Source: Scyliorhinus canicula (taxonomy: Eukaryota). From it: 64,000 nt of DNA. Both the position numbers and the translations under genes were made by a program. The number at the start of each line of letters is the position of its first letter. The first letter of the stretch is position 1. Shown here one piece after another: positions 10,452 through 23,781 of the stretch. The stretch covers positions 19,394,276 to 19,458,275 of the forward strand of contig NC_052147.1 in the NCBI RefSeq assembly GCF_902713615.1, written 5' to 3'. Under the pieces are notes generated by a model. That model had not been told where the DNA came from. It saw only the letters and a program-made list of their open reading frames with translations, and did not search any database.

Positions 10452-13400
10452 TGATGGAACCATCAATTCACGAGACACGTGCTTTAAGATATGAACAGTG
10501 GTTTTAATCTACTTACTACAGAGCCAGCCTGTTACCCGTTGAACTCTCGATGAACTGCAGGCTGGCTCTGGACACGGTTATTTATACAGCAGTCTAGGGG
10601 GAGGAGTCGTGGGCGGAGCCAAGGGTGGAGCCCTGTACAAACTCCTGAGCATTCCCAGAGCTACTCCCCCTAGTGGTCGGATAACACTACTGCGCTTACA
10701 ATGGTATTGGTAAATACAGTGTGAATTACTAAGTTACATTCACCACATTCACCCCCTGCAAAAAAATCAATTCCGGCGGGGGTGGTGGTCTACAAAGTAA
10801 GTCTGTCCGATGGTCGAACTGTCCGCTGTGATCTGCGGAGCACCGGGGTTGCAGCCTCTTGCGGTGGCTGGATGGGTGTTGTGTGCTGGGGTACAATGGC
10901 AGACTCCAGGGAGGGTTGTGTCCGAGCTTCATACTCTTCTGGTTCGACCGGGGACTGAGGGCGCTGGGGGCTGGCCGGCGCGGGTGCACGGAACTGGTGG
11001 AGCGAGCTCGTGGGCTCGGGAGCGCGAGGGGGCGGCAGCATGGGGTGTAGGGTGAGGGGTCCTTCTGTTGGGGTAGAAGGGGCGCTGGATCCGGCGGGTG
11101 CCAGATCCCGGAGGGATACTGTGTCCTGGCGGCCGTCAGGGAACTCGACAAAGGCGTACTGGGGGTTGGAGTGGAGCAGGCGCACCTTCTCAACAAGGGG
11201 GTCGGTTTTGTGTGCCCTGACGTGTTTCCTCAGGAGTACCGGGCCCGGTGTCCTCAGCCATGCCGGAAGTGAGACCCTCGTGGTAGTGCCCCTGGAAAAA
11301 ATGAAGAGCCTCTCGTGAGGGGTCTGATTGGTCGCTGTGCATAAGAGGGACCTAATAGCGTGGAGTGCGTCTGGGAGGACTTCCTGCCATTGGGAGACTT
11401 GGAGCTTTCTAGACTGGAGGGTCAGTAGGACGGTCTTCCAGGCCGTCGCGTTCTCCCTCTCCACCTGTCCGTTCCCCCTGGGGTTGTAGCTGGTAGTCCT
11501 GCTCGAGGCAATGCCCTTGTCGAGCAGGTACTGACGCAGCTCGTCGCTCATGAAGGACGAACCCCGGTCGCTGTGTACGTAGCTGGGGAAACCAAACAGG
11601 GTGAAGATGCTATGCAGGGCCCTAATGACTGTGTGGGAGGTCATGTCGGGGCACGGGATAGCGAATGGGAAACGGGAGAACTCGTCTACGACGTTTAGAA
11701 AGTAAACATTCTTGTTAGTTGAGGGGAGTGGCCCTTTGATATCAATCGCGAGGCGTTCAAAGGACCTAGAAGCCTTGACCAGGTGGGCCCTGTCTGGTCT
11801 ATAGAAGTGCGGTTTGCACTCCGCACAGATCGGGCAGTCCCTGGTGACCGCTTTTACCTCCTCATTGGCGAAAGGCAGGTTTTGGGCTCTGATGTAGTGG
11901 GCGAGCCGGGTGACCCCCGGGTGGCAGAGGTCATTGTGGATGACTTTCAGTCGGTCAATCTGCGCGCTGGCGCATGTCCCGCTGGATAGGGCATCCGGAG
12001 GCTTGTTGAGCTTCCCGGGTCGATACTTAATATCGTAATTATAGGTGGAGAGTTCGATCCTCCACCGAAGAATTTTATCATTTTTTATTTTGCCCCTTTG
12101 CGAGTTATCAAACATAAAGGCAACTGATCTTTGGTCGGTGATGAGGGTGAACCTCCTACCTGCGAGGTAGTACCTCCAGTAACGAATAGCCTCCACAATG
12201 GCTTGTGCTTTTTTCTCGACTGAGGAGTGTCGGAGTTCTGAAGCGGAGAGGGTCTGGGCCCAGTACTCCGTTTTCCACGACGTAGCCAAGGATGGCCAGT
12301 CTGTTTGTGCGGAAAACGCATTTCTCTTTGTTGTAGGTGATGTTTAATTTTTGTGCCGTCTGGAAAAAACGGTGGAGGTTGGTGTCATGGTCCTGCTGGT
12401 CATAGCCGCAGATGGTGACATTGTCCAAGTACGGAAACGTGGCCCGCAGCCCGTACTGGTCCACCATTCAGTCCATTGCTTGTTGGAACACCGAGACCCC
12501 ATTAGTGACGCCGAAGGGGACCCGGAGGAAATGGAAGAGGCGGCCATCGGCCTCGAATGCCGTGTAGTGGCGGTCCTCCAGGCGGATTGGGAGCTAGTGG
12601 TATGCAGACTTCAGATCCACCGTGGAAAAGAGCCGATACTGGGCGATCTGATTTACCATGTCTGCAATCCTGGGGAGGGGATACGCGTCGAGGAGCGTAA
12701 ATCTATTTATGGTCTGACTATAGTCGACAACCATGCGGAATTTTTCCCCGGTCTTAACGACCACCACCTGAGCTCTCCAGGGACTATTGCTGGCCTCTAT
12801 AATCCCTCACTGAGAAGCCTTCGGACCTCTGCTCTGATAAATACCCTATCCTGCAGGCTGTATCGCCTGCTACGTGTGGCTATGGGTTTACAGTCCTTTG
12901 TGAGATTGGCGAAGAGAGGAGGGGGGGAGATTCGCAGCGTAGCGAGGCTGCAGATAGTGAGTGGGGGAAGGTGCCCGCCGAAGCTGAGGGTGAGGCTCTT
13001 AAGGTTACACTGAAAATCTAGGCCTAATAAGAGTGGCGCGCAGAGGTCGGGCAAAACGTAGAGTTGAATTTTTGAGTTGCTAGCGCCTCGGATTGTGAGT
13101 GTCGCGGCGGTGCGCCCCTGGATCTGGACAGAATGGGAGCCTGAAGCGAGCGAGATAGTTTGCCGCACGGGGAAAACGGGGAGCGAACAGTGTCTTACCA
13201 GGTCTGGGTGTATGAAGCTCTCAGTGCTCCTGGAGTCAAAAAGGCATGGTGTGTTGTACCCGTTGATTTGGACCTCTGCCATTGAATTTAGCAGATGCTT
13301 CCGGCATGATTGATCCAGGGTGACTGCACCGAGTTGCGGGCCGCGTGATGAGCGCCCGGGGAGGTTGTACACTTCCGATGAATTGTCCGAGCGTGGAGAT

Positions 13401-14753
13401 GCAGGTCGGGCCTGTGGATCGCAAGTGGCGGGCGGCGAGGAAGATGGCGTCCAAGATGGCGGCCCCCATGAGTCGCACATGGCCGGCCGCGTGGTGGAGG
13501 TTTGCCAAGGTGGCGGCCCCCATGGATCGCACGTGGCGGGAGGGGGCGGGATCGGGCCATAGGCCACAGCGTTGCGGGCCCCGCGGGCCTGAGGGTGTGG
13601 GGAGTGATTACTTCGTGCCGCTGGGGAGTTTGAAGCTGGGGCCCTTTTTGCGAGGCACACTCTCACGTAGTGGCCTTTCCGCCCACAGCTGCTGCAGGTC
13701 GCATTGCGGGCCGGGCAGTGCTGCCGCAGGTGCTGATTCTGGCCGCAGAAATGGCAGGCTGGAGCAGCATAGTGGCTGGCTGGAGCAGCATAGTGGCTGG
13801 CTGGGGCAGCATGGTGGCTGGGCGGCTGCGTGGCACAGGCCTGGGGGAGTCGCTTGTCGGGGGCCCATGATTGGGTCGCGGGGTCCGCGGGCAACGAGGT
13901 GAGGCTGCGGAAGGAGACCTCCATCGTAGTAGCAATTTCCGCAGTTGTTTCTAAGTCTTGGGCCCCCTTTTCCATCAGTCGTTGGCGCACATAATTAGAC
14001 CTGAGGCCCGCTACAAAACATCGCGTACAGCAAGTTCTCTATGTTCAGCTGCGGTAACCGCTTGATAGTTACAGTCATTCGATAGATTATTGAGCTCTCT
14101 TAAAAATTCGGCGAGTGATTCTGTAGGCCGCTGGCGGCGAGTCGTGAACACACGGCGTGCGTAAACTTCGTTAATGGGCCTTACATACATCTTATCGAGT
14201 ATCGCTAGCGCTGCAGTATATGAACCGGCCGAGTTTAGTTGTGTAGAGATTCTGTGGCTCACCCTCGCGTGCAGTAGACTTAACTTCTGTTCCTCTGTTG
14301 TTTCGGCTGTGCTCGCTTCTGCCAGGTAGGCCTTAAAGCACCGCAGCCAGTGGGAGAAGATTTATTTTGCCTCTGCATCCTGTGGGTCGAGTTCCAGGTA
14401 TCCAGGCTTGAGGGCTGATTCCATGATCGACCCTGACTGTTCTTAAGTAGATTAAATTGATGGAACCATCAAATCACGAGACCCGTGCTTTAAGATATGA
14501 ACAGTGGTTTTAATCTACTTACTACAGAGCCATCCTGTTACCCGTTGAACTCTCGATGAACTGCAGGCTGACTCTGGACACAGTTATTTATACAGCAGTC
14601 TAGGGGGAGGAGTCGTGGGCGGAGCCAAGGATGGAGCCCTGTACAAACTCCTGAGCATTCCCAGAGCTACTCCCCCTAGTGGTCGGATAACGCTACTGCG
14701 CTTACAATGGTATTGGTAAATACAGTGTGAATTACTAAGTTACATTCACCACA
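10452..14753 (-). mobile_element. Ty3/Gypsy (Mag-like) LTR retrotransposon, complete structure, inactivated
   Basis: 296-bp LTRs at 10452-10747 and 14458-14753 (7 differences by manual count), TG...CA ends, TSD CTGTG (10447-10451/14754-14758), PPT next to the 3' LTR; PR-RT-RH-IN domain order. Confidence 0.95.
10790..14424 (-). pseudogene. Gypsy gag-pol pseudo-ORF
   Basis: ATG at 14424 (MESALKPGYLELDPQ); two Zn knuckles CHFCGQNQH...C and CSSCGRKGHYVRVC; protease LFDSRST; RT YLDNVTICG; RNase H FTLITDQRS; integrase HHCC plus D-D-E (AIDIKG, HSDRG, VERE); several stops and a deletion/frameshift near 12255. Confidence 0.92.
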
Positions 14754-15003
14754 CTGTGGAAAGCCCCCAGTCGCCACACTCCGGTGCCTATCGTGTACAC
14801 TGAGGGAGAATTCAGAATGATCAATTCACCTAACAAGCACGTCTTTCAGGACTTGTGGGAAGAAATCGGAGCACCCGGAGGAAACCCACGCAGACACGCG
14901 GAGAACGTGCAGACTCCGCACAGACAGTGACCCAAGCCGGGAACCCAAGCTGGCACCCTGGTGCTGCGAAGCAACAGTGCTAACTACTGTGCCACCATGC
15001 CAC
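14754..15003 (-). mobile_element. tRNA-derived SINE split by the Gypsy insertion (3' remainder at ~10393-10451)
   Basis: HE1-like head and core; the tail ...GTAACCTCATTGCAG...TTGTGACACTAATAAAGATTAT resumes on the far side of the LTR element. Confidence 0.85.
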
Positions 15004-16245
15004 CCCATTCTAGCATGCTAAATGTCTCCACGAAAGGTCAGGAAAATAGCAATCAATATCTTGAAACAGGTGGAGATGAGCAAGGAAGACGCATCTATCC
15101 TCAGAGGATCATCAATCTTTGAAATTCTGTTCTTGCAAAGGCGGTGGAGGCTGAGTCTGTGAATATTTTTAAAGCAGAAGTGGATAGATTCTTGGTAAGG
15201 CAGGGGATGATATCAGGGCAGAGGGGGTACGCGGCATGTATATTTGAGGTTATTAGATCAGCCATGATCTTATTAAATGGTGGAGCAGGCTCGAGGGCCC
15301 AAATAGCCTGCTCCTGCTCTAGTTCATATATTTGTGTATCAGCTCGATAATCAGAGAAATTCCTGTACCAGCACTGAGTAAGTATTATTCACACATTTCT
15401 TGTGTCAAGAATGCACCAAAAACCAGTGTGGTTGGACTGCAATAGTTAAACAAAGGCATCTCACTGCAACTTTCTCAAGGGCAATTAGGGATGGGCAATT
15501 AATGTTGGCCTAGCTAACAATGCCCACATCCCATGAACGAAGAAAGAAAGTATAACACACACATGGATTTAACAGAGTTTATTTGCAATTGAATCGACCA
15601 ACGTATAAATCTCTTCCTCCAGTACATTGGGACTCGGGATTTAAAGAGACAGTCCTTTGTTCTTAATTGGATTACATGATGTCCGACTGACAGGTACTGG
15701 AACTCTCAATAAACCTTTTGATTTCTTTAGGTGGGATTCGCATGGTGTGTGAAAATGGCTAACGTGTTTGAGATTTTCAGATCTAAGTCTGGATTTTCCT
15801 CTCAGTGGACAGGAATGGCTGGGTGCTGGGTGAATCCCATCTCGTTTCTTCTATTAGTGCTCAGCTGACCCAGGTATCAATCTGCCTATCTTGGACTGGC
15901 ATTTTAGCCAGACGTACAGCAGGGATGTGAGGAGGGGTCCTTCTGTCCCAGTGGTTGGGCAATGTCCATTTTGTCTTGCTCTGCCAAGACAGAGCCATTG
16001 ACCTCCACTGAGTCCGCCACCTACAGGCCAGACCGAGAGCTGAGAAAGAAGCCAGGGAGCGGAAATGCAATGAGTTGCGCCTGTACTTCCAAGTCAAGCC
16101 AAGCAGAGGTTTACTTGTTAGAATTCAGAAATAGAACAGAATGATACAGATCAGAGGCAGTTAAACCTCATCGCCTCATTCCTTGACTGGGAAGTACTAC
16201 TTAGCACCAACCAGAGCTCATCTGACTTTGTGTGAATATCTTGGG

Positions 16246-16383
16246 GTCCACATTCTCCCCGTGTCTGTGTGGGTTTCACCCCCGCAACCCAAGAAGATGT
16301 GCAGTGTAGGTGAATTGGCCACGCTAAATTTCCCCTTAATTGGAAAATAAAAAGAATTGGGCTCTCTAAATGTATTTAAAAAA
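16246..16383 (+). mobile_element. 5'-truncated poly(A)-tailed SINE
   Basis: Matches the 3' half of the 2599 SINE. Confidence 0.75.
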
Positions 16384-18989
16384 GAGAATATCTTGTTTTT
16401 TTTTAAATCTGCGCTTGGCATTATCTAACTACAATTTATTATTTTTGTTTTCCCTTTACTCTGATCTTTTTCAGTTCTGCTCCAAGGGCTCGGGCCAAGC
16501 ACATTATCCTTAAGTTAACAACCAGTACTTGATTCCCTCCAAGGTCTAAACTTCCTCATGTTGAAAACTCTGCCTTGATTGCGCAAAGGAAAAAGGGTGA
16601 AGTAACATTCGTTTGTCGGAAAGTTTTGCAATGGTCCATCCCATTTCAGTCTCAAGCATCCAAAACAAAAGTTAGGAAAGTCCAAAGTTATGGGAAAAAG
16701 AAGAAAACATACCTGAAATAAAAACAGAAAATGCTGGGTTAACCCAGCGGATCAAGGAACCATCTATGGAAAGGAATATGCCTGTTTCTCCTGAGCTTGA
16801 GAAGCCAAGCGGCTGTCAACCTACATAAATATCCAGCAACAATAAATAGCTTTGAACCTGTTTAAATCGGCTCCTCACAAGAAATACCCAACAGCAGGGC
16901 CAGTCTATCGGCTAAACATTACAATTGTGATCTAATCCGATACTACCCACCACCACCAGCATCTTCAGAAGTTATCGAGGAACATAACAAAAATCGAGTT
17001 ACCTCAATCCAAGGAATCAATCCTGTCTCTTTAAGATTACAGAATACAGTTTTTCCGAGTTCAGGAGAATAAAATGTTACTTATTTTTGTTCACAGTACT
17101 TAATATGTAAAATATACATATTTAGAATTTTTAAAAACATATTTGGATTTTGACAATCTCATCCATAAACTGTTAAATATCCAAAAGTAGGCAAAATATT
17201 TACACTTCTGACACTGAACTTACCCGTTTATCATTTATTCCTCAACACCTTTCTCGACCTCATTCATCATAAACTTTTCCTTTGTTCTACTCAGTCCTTA
17301 AAATGTGATTTATGTTATTCATTGCTAAAAATGCGATCCGCTGGTAGACCCAGTAATATTAATTGCTGCGCTTGAGAGGTCAGGGACTTCACACTAGCTT
17401 TAAAGTTCAAATTGAAAGATGTCTCCAAGTGGATTTTTTTTTGTCCCGGGCATTTTCTGTGCAAGGATGTGGCTGCTGGTTTTTGAATTCAATGTAGTGT
17501 ATTGAAAATTGCATTGTGCATTTTGGCCACTTGAGACTACCGTCCACACATGTACCAGCAGAGGGAGTCTGCTAGTAATAAATAATAAAGGGTCCATGTT
17601 TAACAGTTCATGCAGTTCTAATTCTCATTGTCTTTAGCTGATTATATAACTGTTTCTGTCCCAAGAAATTCACAACATATGGACGATTACTCCCAGAAGA
17701 CATATTAATTAAGGAATCCATGAGTGGTCTTCTACTGTCCTAGAGCATTCAAGAAATCAAGTGCTGGGGGAAGGCCATTCAAATCAAGTTAAGTAGGAAG
17801 GAAGTATAAATGGGCTTTTTAGGATGGCAGGGTTTTCCTTCCCACCATCCAAAGAGTGGGTGGCAAATGCATCCCTGCCAACACTGGCTGTGCCATATCT
17901 ATTCATCTCTATTTATCTGCAGATGGGACTTCGCCCCTGATGTGGGAGGAAGTTCCCCCTCAGAGAGCTGCTGGTCAAAGTGATTGATAACTGTTGATAG
18001 AAGCACTCTCCCACCATCCTTCCTGCCCGATACCTGAACAGGGTCACTTTCTGGGCTTTCCCCATTTCCCTACACTCCCCCCACCGACCTGAGAATTGCG
18101 GCTGGACAGGAAACAGGGTGACCTGCCCTCCCCCAAAAAACCTGCCAGCAGGAACGTAAAATTCTGCTCATGGTGCTAAAGCCACCAGTGGTGAAGCTGA
18201 AGACCAAGGAATCTGAGTAGACTCGATGCTATTTCAAGCCAATTCAGAGCAGCACTCAACAAAACTAATAAATTGCTGAATTACGTAAGCTTAAATAATG
18301 AACCCGAGTCAAAGGAAATAATGATAAAGTTGTATAGTTCTCTAGTCAGACCATCCAGTCCTGGTTGGTAAGTGTTGGTTGAGTGTTGGAGGCAATAAGG
18401 AGATTGGTTGACTCTCAGGCTAAAATTTTCCAGCCCCTCCCACCGATGGGATTTTCCAGTCGTACCCAAGACAATGGACGTTTGAATGACTCGCCACATT
18501 TTCTGGCCCTGCCCCGCCCAAATTACAGTGTCAGAGTCAGAGTGCCTGAGTAATGGGTAAGGAATGGATAAACTTTGATTTTACACCACAGAAAGGATCT
18601 TTTAGGGATGTAAAGAATTGTTTAGGCTATACAAAACGTTTACTCGAAATATTGCTTTAAATTAAACTGTGGAAGTAATTCTAGGGAGTCACATGTTGAT
18701 CCTGGTAAAATAACTGGCATCAGGCAATGTCTCTTTATTCTTCTTCACGCAAAGTACAATCAGTGTGTGGAATGGACTCAGATAGAGGGATATGGACCAA
18801 ATGCAGGCAAGTGGGACTAGCTTAGTGATAGAAACTGGGCAGCATGGACAAGCTGGGCCAAAGGGACCGTTTCCATGTTGTAAACATCTATGACTGTCTA
18901 TGATTCTATGGCGCAGTGTACAACAAAACCTCTGAAATCAATTCATAAACAAAGAGGAATGTTCGGAACTCTATGGTTGGACAAAATAA

Positions 18990-20160
18990 GATGGACCAAA
19001 TATCCTTACACAGCTTGTGAATGGAGAAATTCAGCTGTCCTGAGAAATTCATCACAATGGTTTTACAGTCCATGTGTCCTGTATGATGGTGAGTCTTCTA
19101 ACCAATTTCCAGTCATTAATCAAATAGAACAATGGTGCACGCTCGCACCAACCCTCTTTTCCTCTGCCCTGCTCTCCGATACACCTTCCATGATGGTGAA
19201 ATCAAATATTACATGCTCAGTAAGCTGCTCAGTCTGAGAGGACGCCAGGCAAAGACTAGGATCGCCATGGATATTCTTTGCGATTTCCTGTTTGCCAATG
19301 ACTGTCACCTGGCTGCCAGTTTAGAGCAGTGCATGCAACGTAGCATGGACCCGTTCTCCAAATCATGCCACAACTTTGTCCTTACCATCAGCTGAAGTAA
19401 TGTACAGCCTGCTCCAGGAAAGCTCCATCTCGAGCCCATGTTTTCAGTCCATGGCCAGAGTCTGTCAGCAGTGGATAAGTTCACTTATCTCAGCAACTCT
19501 CCAACGAGACACATCTAAAAATTTCCAAAGCAAGTGCAGCCTCTGCTTTACATGTGTGAGGCTTGGACTGTGTATCATGTCAAAACAGCTCAGCCACTGT
19601 CACTTGAACTGCCTTCGGAAGCTTCTGGAAATCAAGTGGCAGGACAAAAAGGCCAGAGACTGAGGTGCTCACCCACGCTGGCATGCCAAGCATCCTCACC
19701 ATAATGAGACAGTCACAAGTCAGTTGGACTGGCCATGTCTGACACTCACTTACCAAAGAGAATCATCAATGGGGAGCTTGAACGTAGGCTGTGCTCTCAA
19801 GGTGATCAACGGAAGCAATACAAGAAGACTGTGAGGGTTTTGCTTTGGCATTTTGATATTAAACTCGAGGCTCAGGAGTAGCTCGCCCATGATCGCTGCA
19901 CCTGACATGGTCAAATAAAAGAAGGGTGCGACCTCGTTCGAAAGCCAGTATTTATCAGAGGCAGAGAGAAAATGTGAGGAGTGGAGACCCAAGCCAGCCA
20001 CTCATCCAAACCTCAATCATCTGCAGAATCTTGTCTGTTTTCAGCGGAACCTTCTAGACTGGCATTGGCAGCCACCCACGTACCCACTGGAACCCCAACA
20101 AACACCACAGATGCTGAACATGGTGAGATTTGCCTCAAAGGACGAACAAGAAAGAAGAAA
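18990..20160 (+). mobile_element. Degenerate RTE-clade LINE
   Basis: Residual peptides CTLAPTLFS, DFLFANDC, HLNCLRKLLEIKWQDK and EVLTHAGMPSI are typical of RTE/BovB-like ORFs. Confidence 0.75.
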
Positions 20161-20706
20161 CTGTGAATTAGAACAGTCTTTTTTGCTGTTAACCCCATTG
20201 TCACCAGCCCAAATCCAATTCACAAAGGACCCTTGTAATCAGCAGAAAGAAGATTGCCATTTAACCGGGCAAAGCTGGTTTAGTATTCAGGTCTTTTGGC
20301 TAAAACTGCAATGTTTTACTGCTCTACATGTACCACCTGAGCCCCTTTTATCTAAATTCCCAGCTGAGAAGATTCACAAACTGGAATCATTCCAAATTAT
20401 ATTGGCTGGACAGCCGTGATGGGCTGAGTTTTTCTGGCACTACCATTGAAATGAACACACTTCAATATCAGTAAGAAGGGCCTTAGGTACAACCATGGTG
20501 TTTGAAAACAGGAATTCCCTGCTTGCACTAGAGTGTCTGGATGACTCAAGGGAATAAGGTTCCCTTGGCAACAGATATAAACAGTAACTGATGGCTGGGG
20601 GAGTGTTGCAAGAATATGAACGTCAGAAACCATGCTCGTGATTCTTGGGCATTTATACTTTCATCTGAGAAGGTGTTTCAGCCTCTAACACATTCCCAAC
20701 TGTCCT

Positions 20707-20712
20707 TTTATT
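20707..20712 (-). promoter_or_regulatory. Candidate FBLN5 polyadenylation signal AATAAA
   Basis: TTTATT on plus strand, the first canonical hexamer I found downstream of the stop; implies a ~1.8-kb 3'UTR. Confidence 0.35.
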
Positions 20713-22518
20713 AACAATATATATACTGTTTCATGAGCTCAGCTGAGCTAAATAGACATCCCCGGGGAAAGGATTGATTTAACTAAATTAATATGTACAT
20801 AGTCCAATGACTATCTTAATGACTTTAGAATTTAGGTCACTTTTCAATACCACTCGAACAATGTACAATAAAGATAGCTATTTGCCTCGAAGCCCTTTAT
20901 GAGTCAACACTCAGGTGACCATGGAGTCAGTTTCCTGAGGGATGAATTTGATTCTTGGTAAAAGGCGGTTCTTAATTCACGGATTAAAATAGACACTGTA
21001 GTTTCAAAGAAAAAGTAACTAGTCACTTGGAGACAATGGGTGTCGGTTTGAAGTTTTACTGAACAAAGTGACCACACTGTATTTGTATAACACTGGTTTC
21101 CTGGTGTGGTGTTATATCTGATACATTTACATTAGACACTTATTAAATAGGACTATCATATTCCAAAGAAATTACCTGCAGAACAATCGCATGGAGCGTA
21201 GTATTGTCCGATAATTGTATCAGTGGACACTCATTTTCAGTATTTCTCTTCCCACATTTCATTTATAGACATAGGGAAGATATTTGGTCTATTCTGCCCT
21301 TTGGAAGACTGTCCGATTAGCCCCACTGACCCCCTGTCCTTTCCCCAAAGTCTGAGAAGGTTATTTTTTCAGTATTTATCTAATCCCTTCGATATTTACC
21401 ACTGAATCTGGCTTCCACCCCACCCCCCACCCCCCCGCTTTCAGTTGACGTATTCCAGATCTAAACAACTTGCTGACTAAAAATAATTCTCCTCATCTCC
21501 CCACAAGCTTTTTTTTTTAATGTTATTTTATAACTCATTTGAGTATTCATAATAATGGGTAAAATATTTCTTGCTCAGAAGAAAATGGCATTAATGCATC
21601 CCGAGGGTATGATAAAACATTATACTGCGGAGATTTGGGACCTACAATTGCTTTCATATGTAAAGTAGATTATAGCTTGCCAAAACAGCCTTTAACTGGA
21701 GCCAAAGTCAGTATTTTGTAGATTATACCACAGGAGCGCAACCATGGTGGTGGTGGGGAGATTGGGAATGGTGGTTGGGTTGAGGAGGGGTTGCGGTTTG
21801 CTGGGGGAGGGGCACGATTGTGGGAGTACGCCCTCACAAGCTATGGGTAATGTTCTGTTCCACTCATTCCGAATAACTGAATGAATTCTTGTGAGCACAT
21901 CCCAGCCTTGTGGCATCAACTACCAAGAGAAAATGGACATCAATGTCAAGGGATTACCATCGCTATTAAGTTCCCTTCCTAGCTGCACAGCTCTGGGACA
22001 TATATCACCATGATCTCCTGACTGCTGGGCCAAAATCCTGGACTTTCCCACCTGATGACATTAGGATTGCACCTTGACCATAAGGATTGTAATGGCTTAA
22101 CCAGAAGGTTCATGACCACCTTCTCTGGGCACCAAATGATGGACATTAGATGTGGCCTTGCCAGCATTGCCCAAAACCCAAACAGTGAATATATATGGGT
22201 GTTCCTCCAATTCTTCATACATGGTCCCTCTTCCTGTATAGACTGCTCCAAACAACGACCAAGCACATCGCAATGCCTTACTGAATATACAGCAGCTTCA
22301 AGGCTTTACATTTCTATTTATGGGTTGTTATACAATATCTCTGATGTAGCCAGACAAGAAAAAGCAGACAGAATTAAGAATCTAAACAGTTGCAACGCAT
22401 TACCAAAAGCATCCTTCCGCCTTAATGACATCAATGAAACATTCACTCATTAAAACAAACATAGCTGAGTAACCTATCAAACATCGAACCCCAGCACCCC
22501 CCCCGGAAAATCAGGGGT

Positions 22519-22680
22519 TTAAAATTTGTACTCGGATACAAAGATAGTCAGTCTGATCACGGAACTGCCTCGAAAGTTGATGACGGTGTTCACTGTGACC
22601 ATTTCGAGATCCAGTACGATGTCACGCGGCCCGCTGACTGGACGGGTCATCACCACAGTGGCACTCACGGGCCCAGTTTG
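22519..22680 (-). CDS. FBLN5: Fibulin-5 last coding exon (equivalent to exon 11) with stop codon
   Basis: AG acceptor at 22682-22681; [53 protein letters not shown] (TAA 22521-22519). Confidence 0.96.
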   Translation of the reverse strand, partial: QTGPVSATVVMTRPVSGPRDIVLDLEMVTVNTVINFRGSSVIRLTIFVSEYKF

Positions 22681-22844
22681 CTATGGGTTTGAGAAGAGGG
22701 CACAAAGTAAAAATAGCTTATTATTTAAGGGGGTCAGTAATCATTGCTCATTTTAATTGACTACTGTGTCCTTGACAACGCACTCTTTGACGACACCCAT
22801 GGATTAACATTTCACTCAACACATAATTAAACATTCATGTAAGC

Positions 22845-23060
22845 CTGTCGGTTAGCTCTGCTGGCTGGACAGCTGGTTTGTGATATGGAGCGGGTGCCAA
22901 CAGCGCAGGTTCAATTCCCGTACCGGCTGAGGTTATTCCTAAAGGTTCCGCCTTCTTAACCTTGCCCACCCCTCACCTGAGGTGTGGTGACCCTCAAGAT
23001 AAATCACCCCCAGTCAGCTCTCAAAGGGGAGAACAACCTATGGCCCTCTGGGACTGTGGC
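22845..23060 (+). mobile_element. tRNA-derived SINE (different family)
   Basis: GGTTAGCTC...GGTTCAATTCCCG A/B-box-like head. Confidence 0.55.
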
Positions 23061-23781
23061 TGCATTTGCCTCCAAGAGTATTTGCCCTTACTGTCACTGG
23101 CTGTGTTTTGGGAATGAGGAGATGGCTGTTTCGGAAGGAAGATTCAATGAAATATGCCTCTGCAGCCAGTATGGTTGTGTTTGGACCAACTGTCAGAGTG
23201 GCTATCCTTGGCTCGGTCAGGAGGTAAATCCACCCTAAATTCTCCCAGGAGCTGACTTTCGTCAACTGGCCAGAATTTGGTGCAAGCTTTGCCAAAATAA
23301 TGATGTGCCAGCAGCATACTAAATCCGGGGTTCTTATTCACAGCACCAGGTTTGGACATGAGGGCAGGATTGTCCGATCTGTTTGTGGCAGACCAGCCAA
23401 ATGTGGCTTTCAGAGGGATTGGAAGATCCCGGCGGTGAGCAGGGCTGGAAAATCCCAGCCTGGGTCGCCAACTGCTGTTGAACATATTCTTCACTATTCC
23501 ATCGAATGAGTGCCTGCCTTCAACTGCACCCATCACCACCACCACCCTAAACCACCCCCCATCTGTCCCTGCAGTCAAACAAATTTTTATTGAAATTAAA
23601 ACTCCTTTAGTTTTACTTCTGTGATTTGTCTTCCTGAAATTTAAAAACATTTATTCATGGAGATATTGGTGTCGCTGGCTGGGCCAGCATTTATTGCCCA
23701 TTCCTGAGGGTATTTAAGGTATCCACGTTGCTGTGGACCTGGAGTCACATTTAGGCCAGACCAGGTAAGGACAACAGATTT

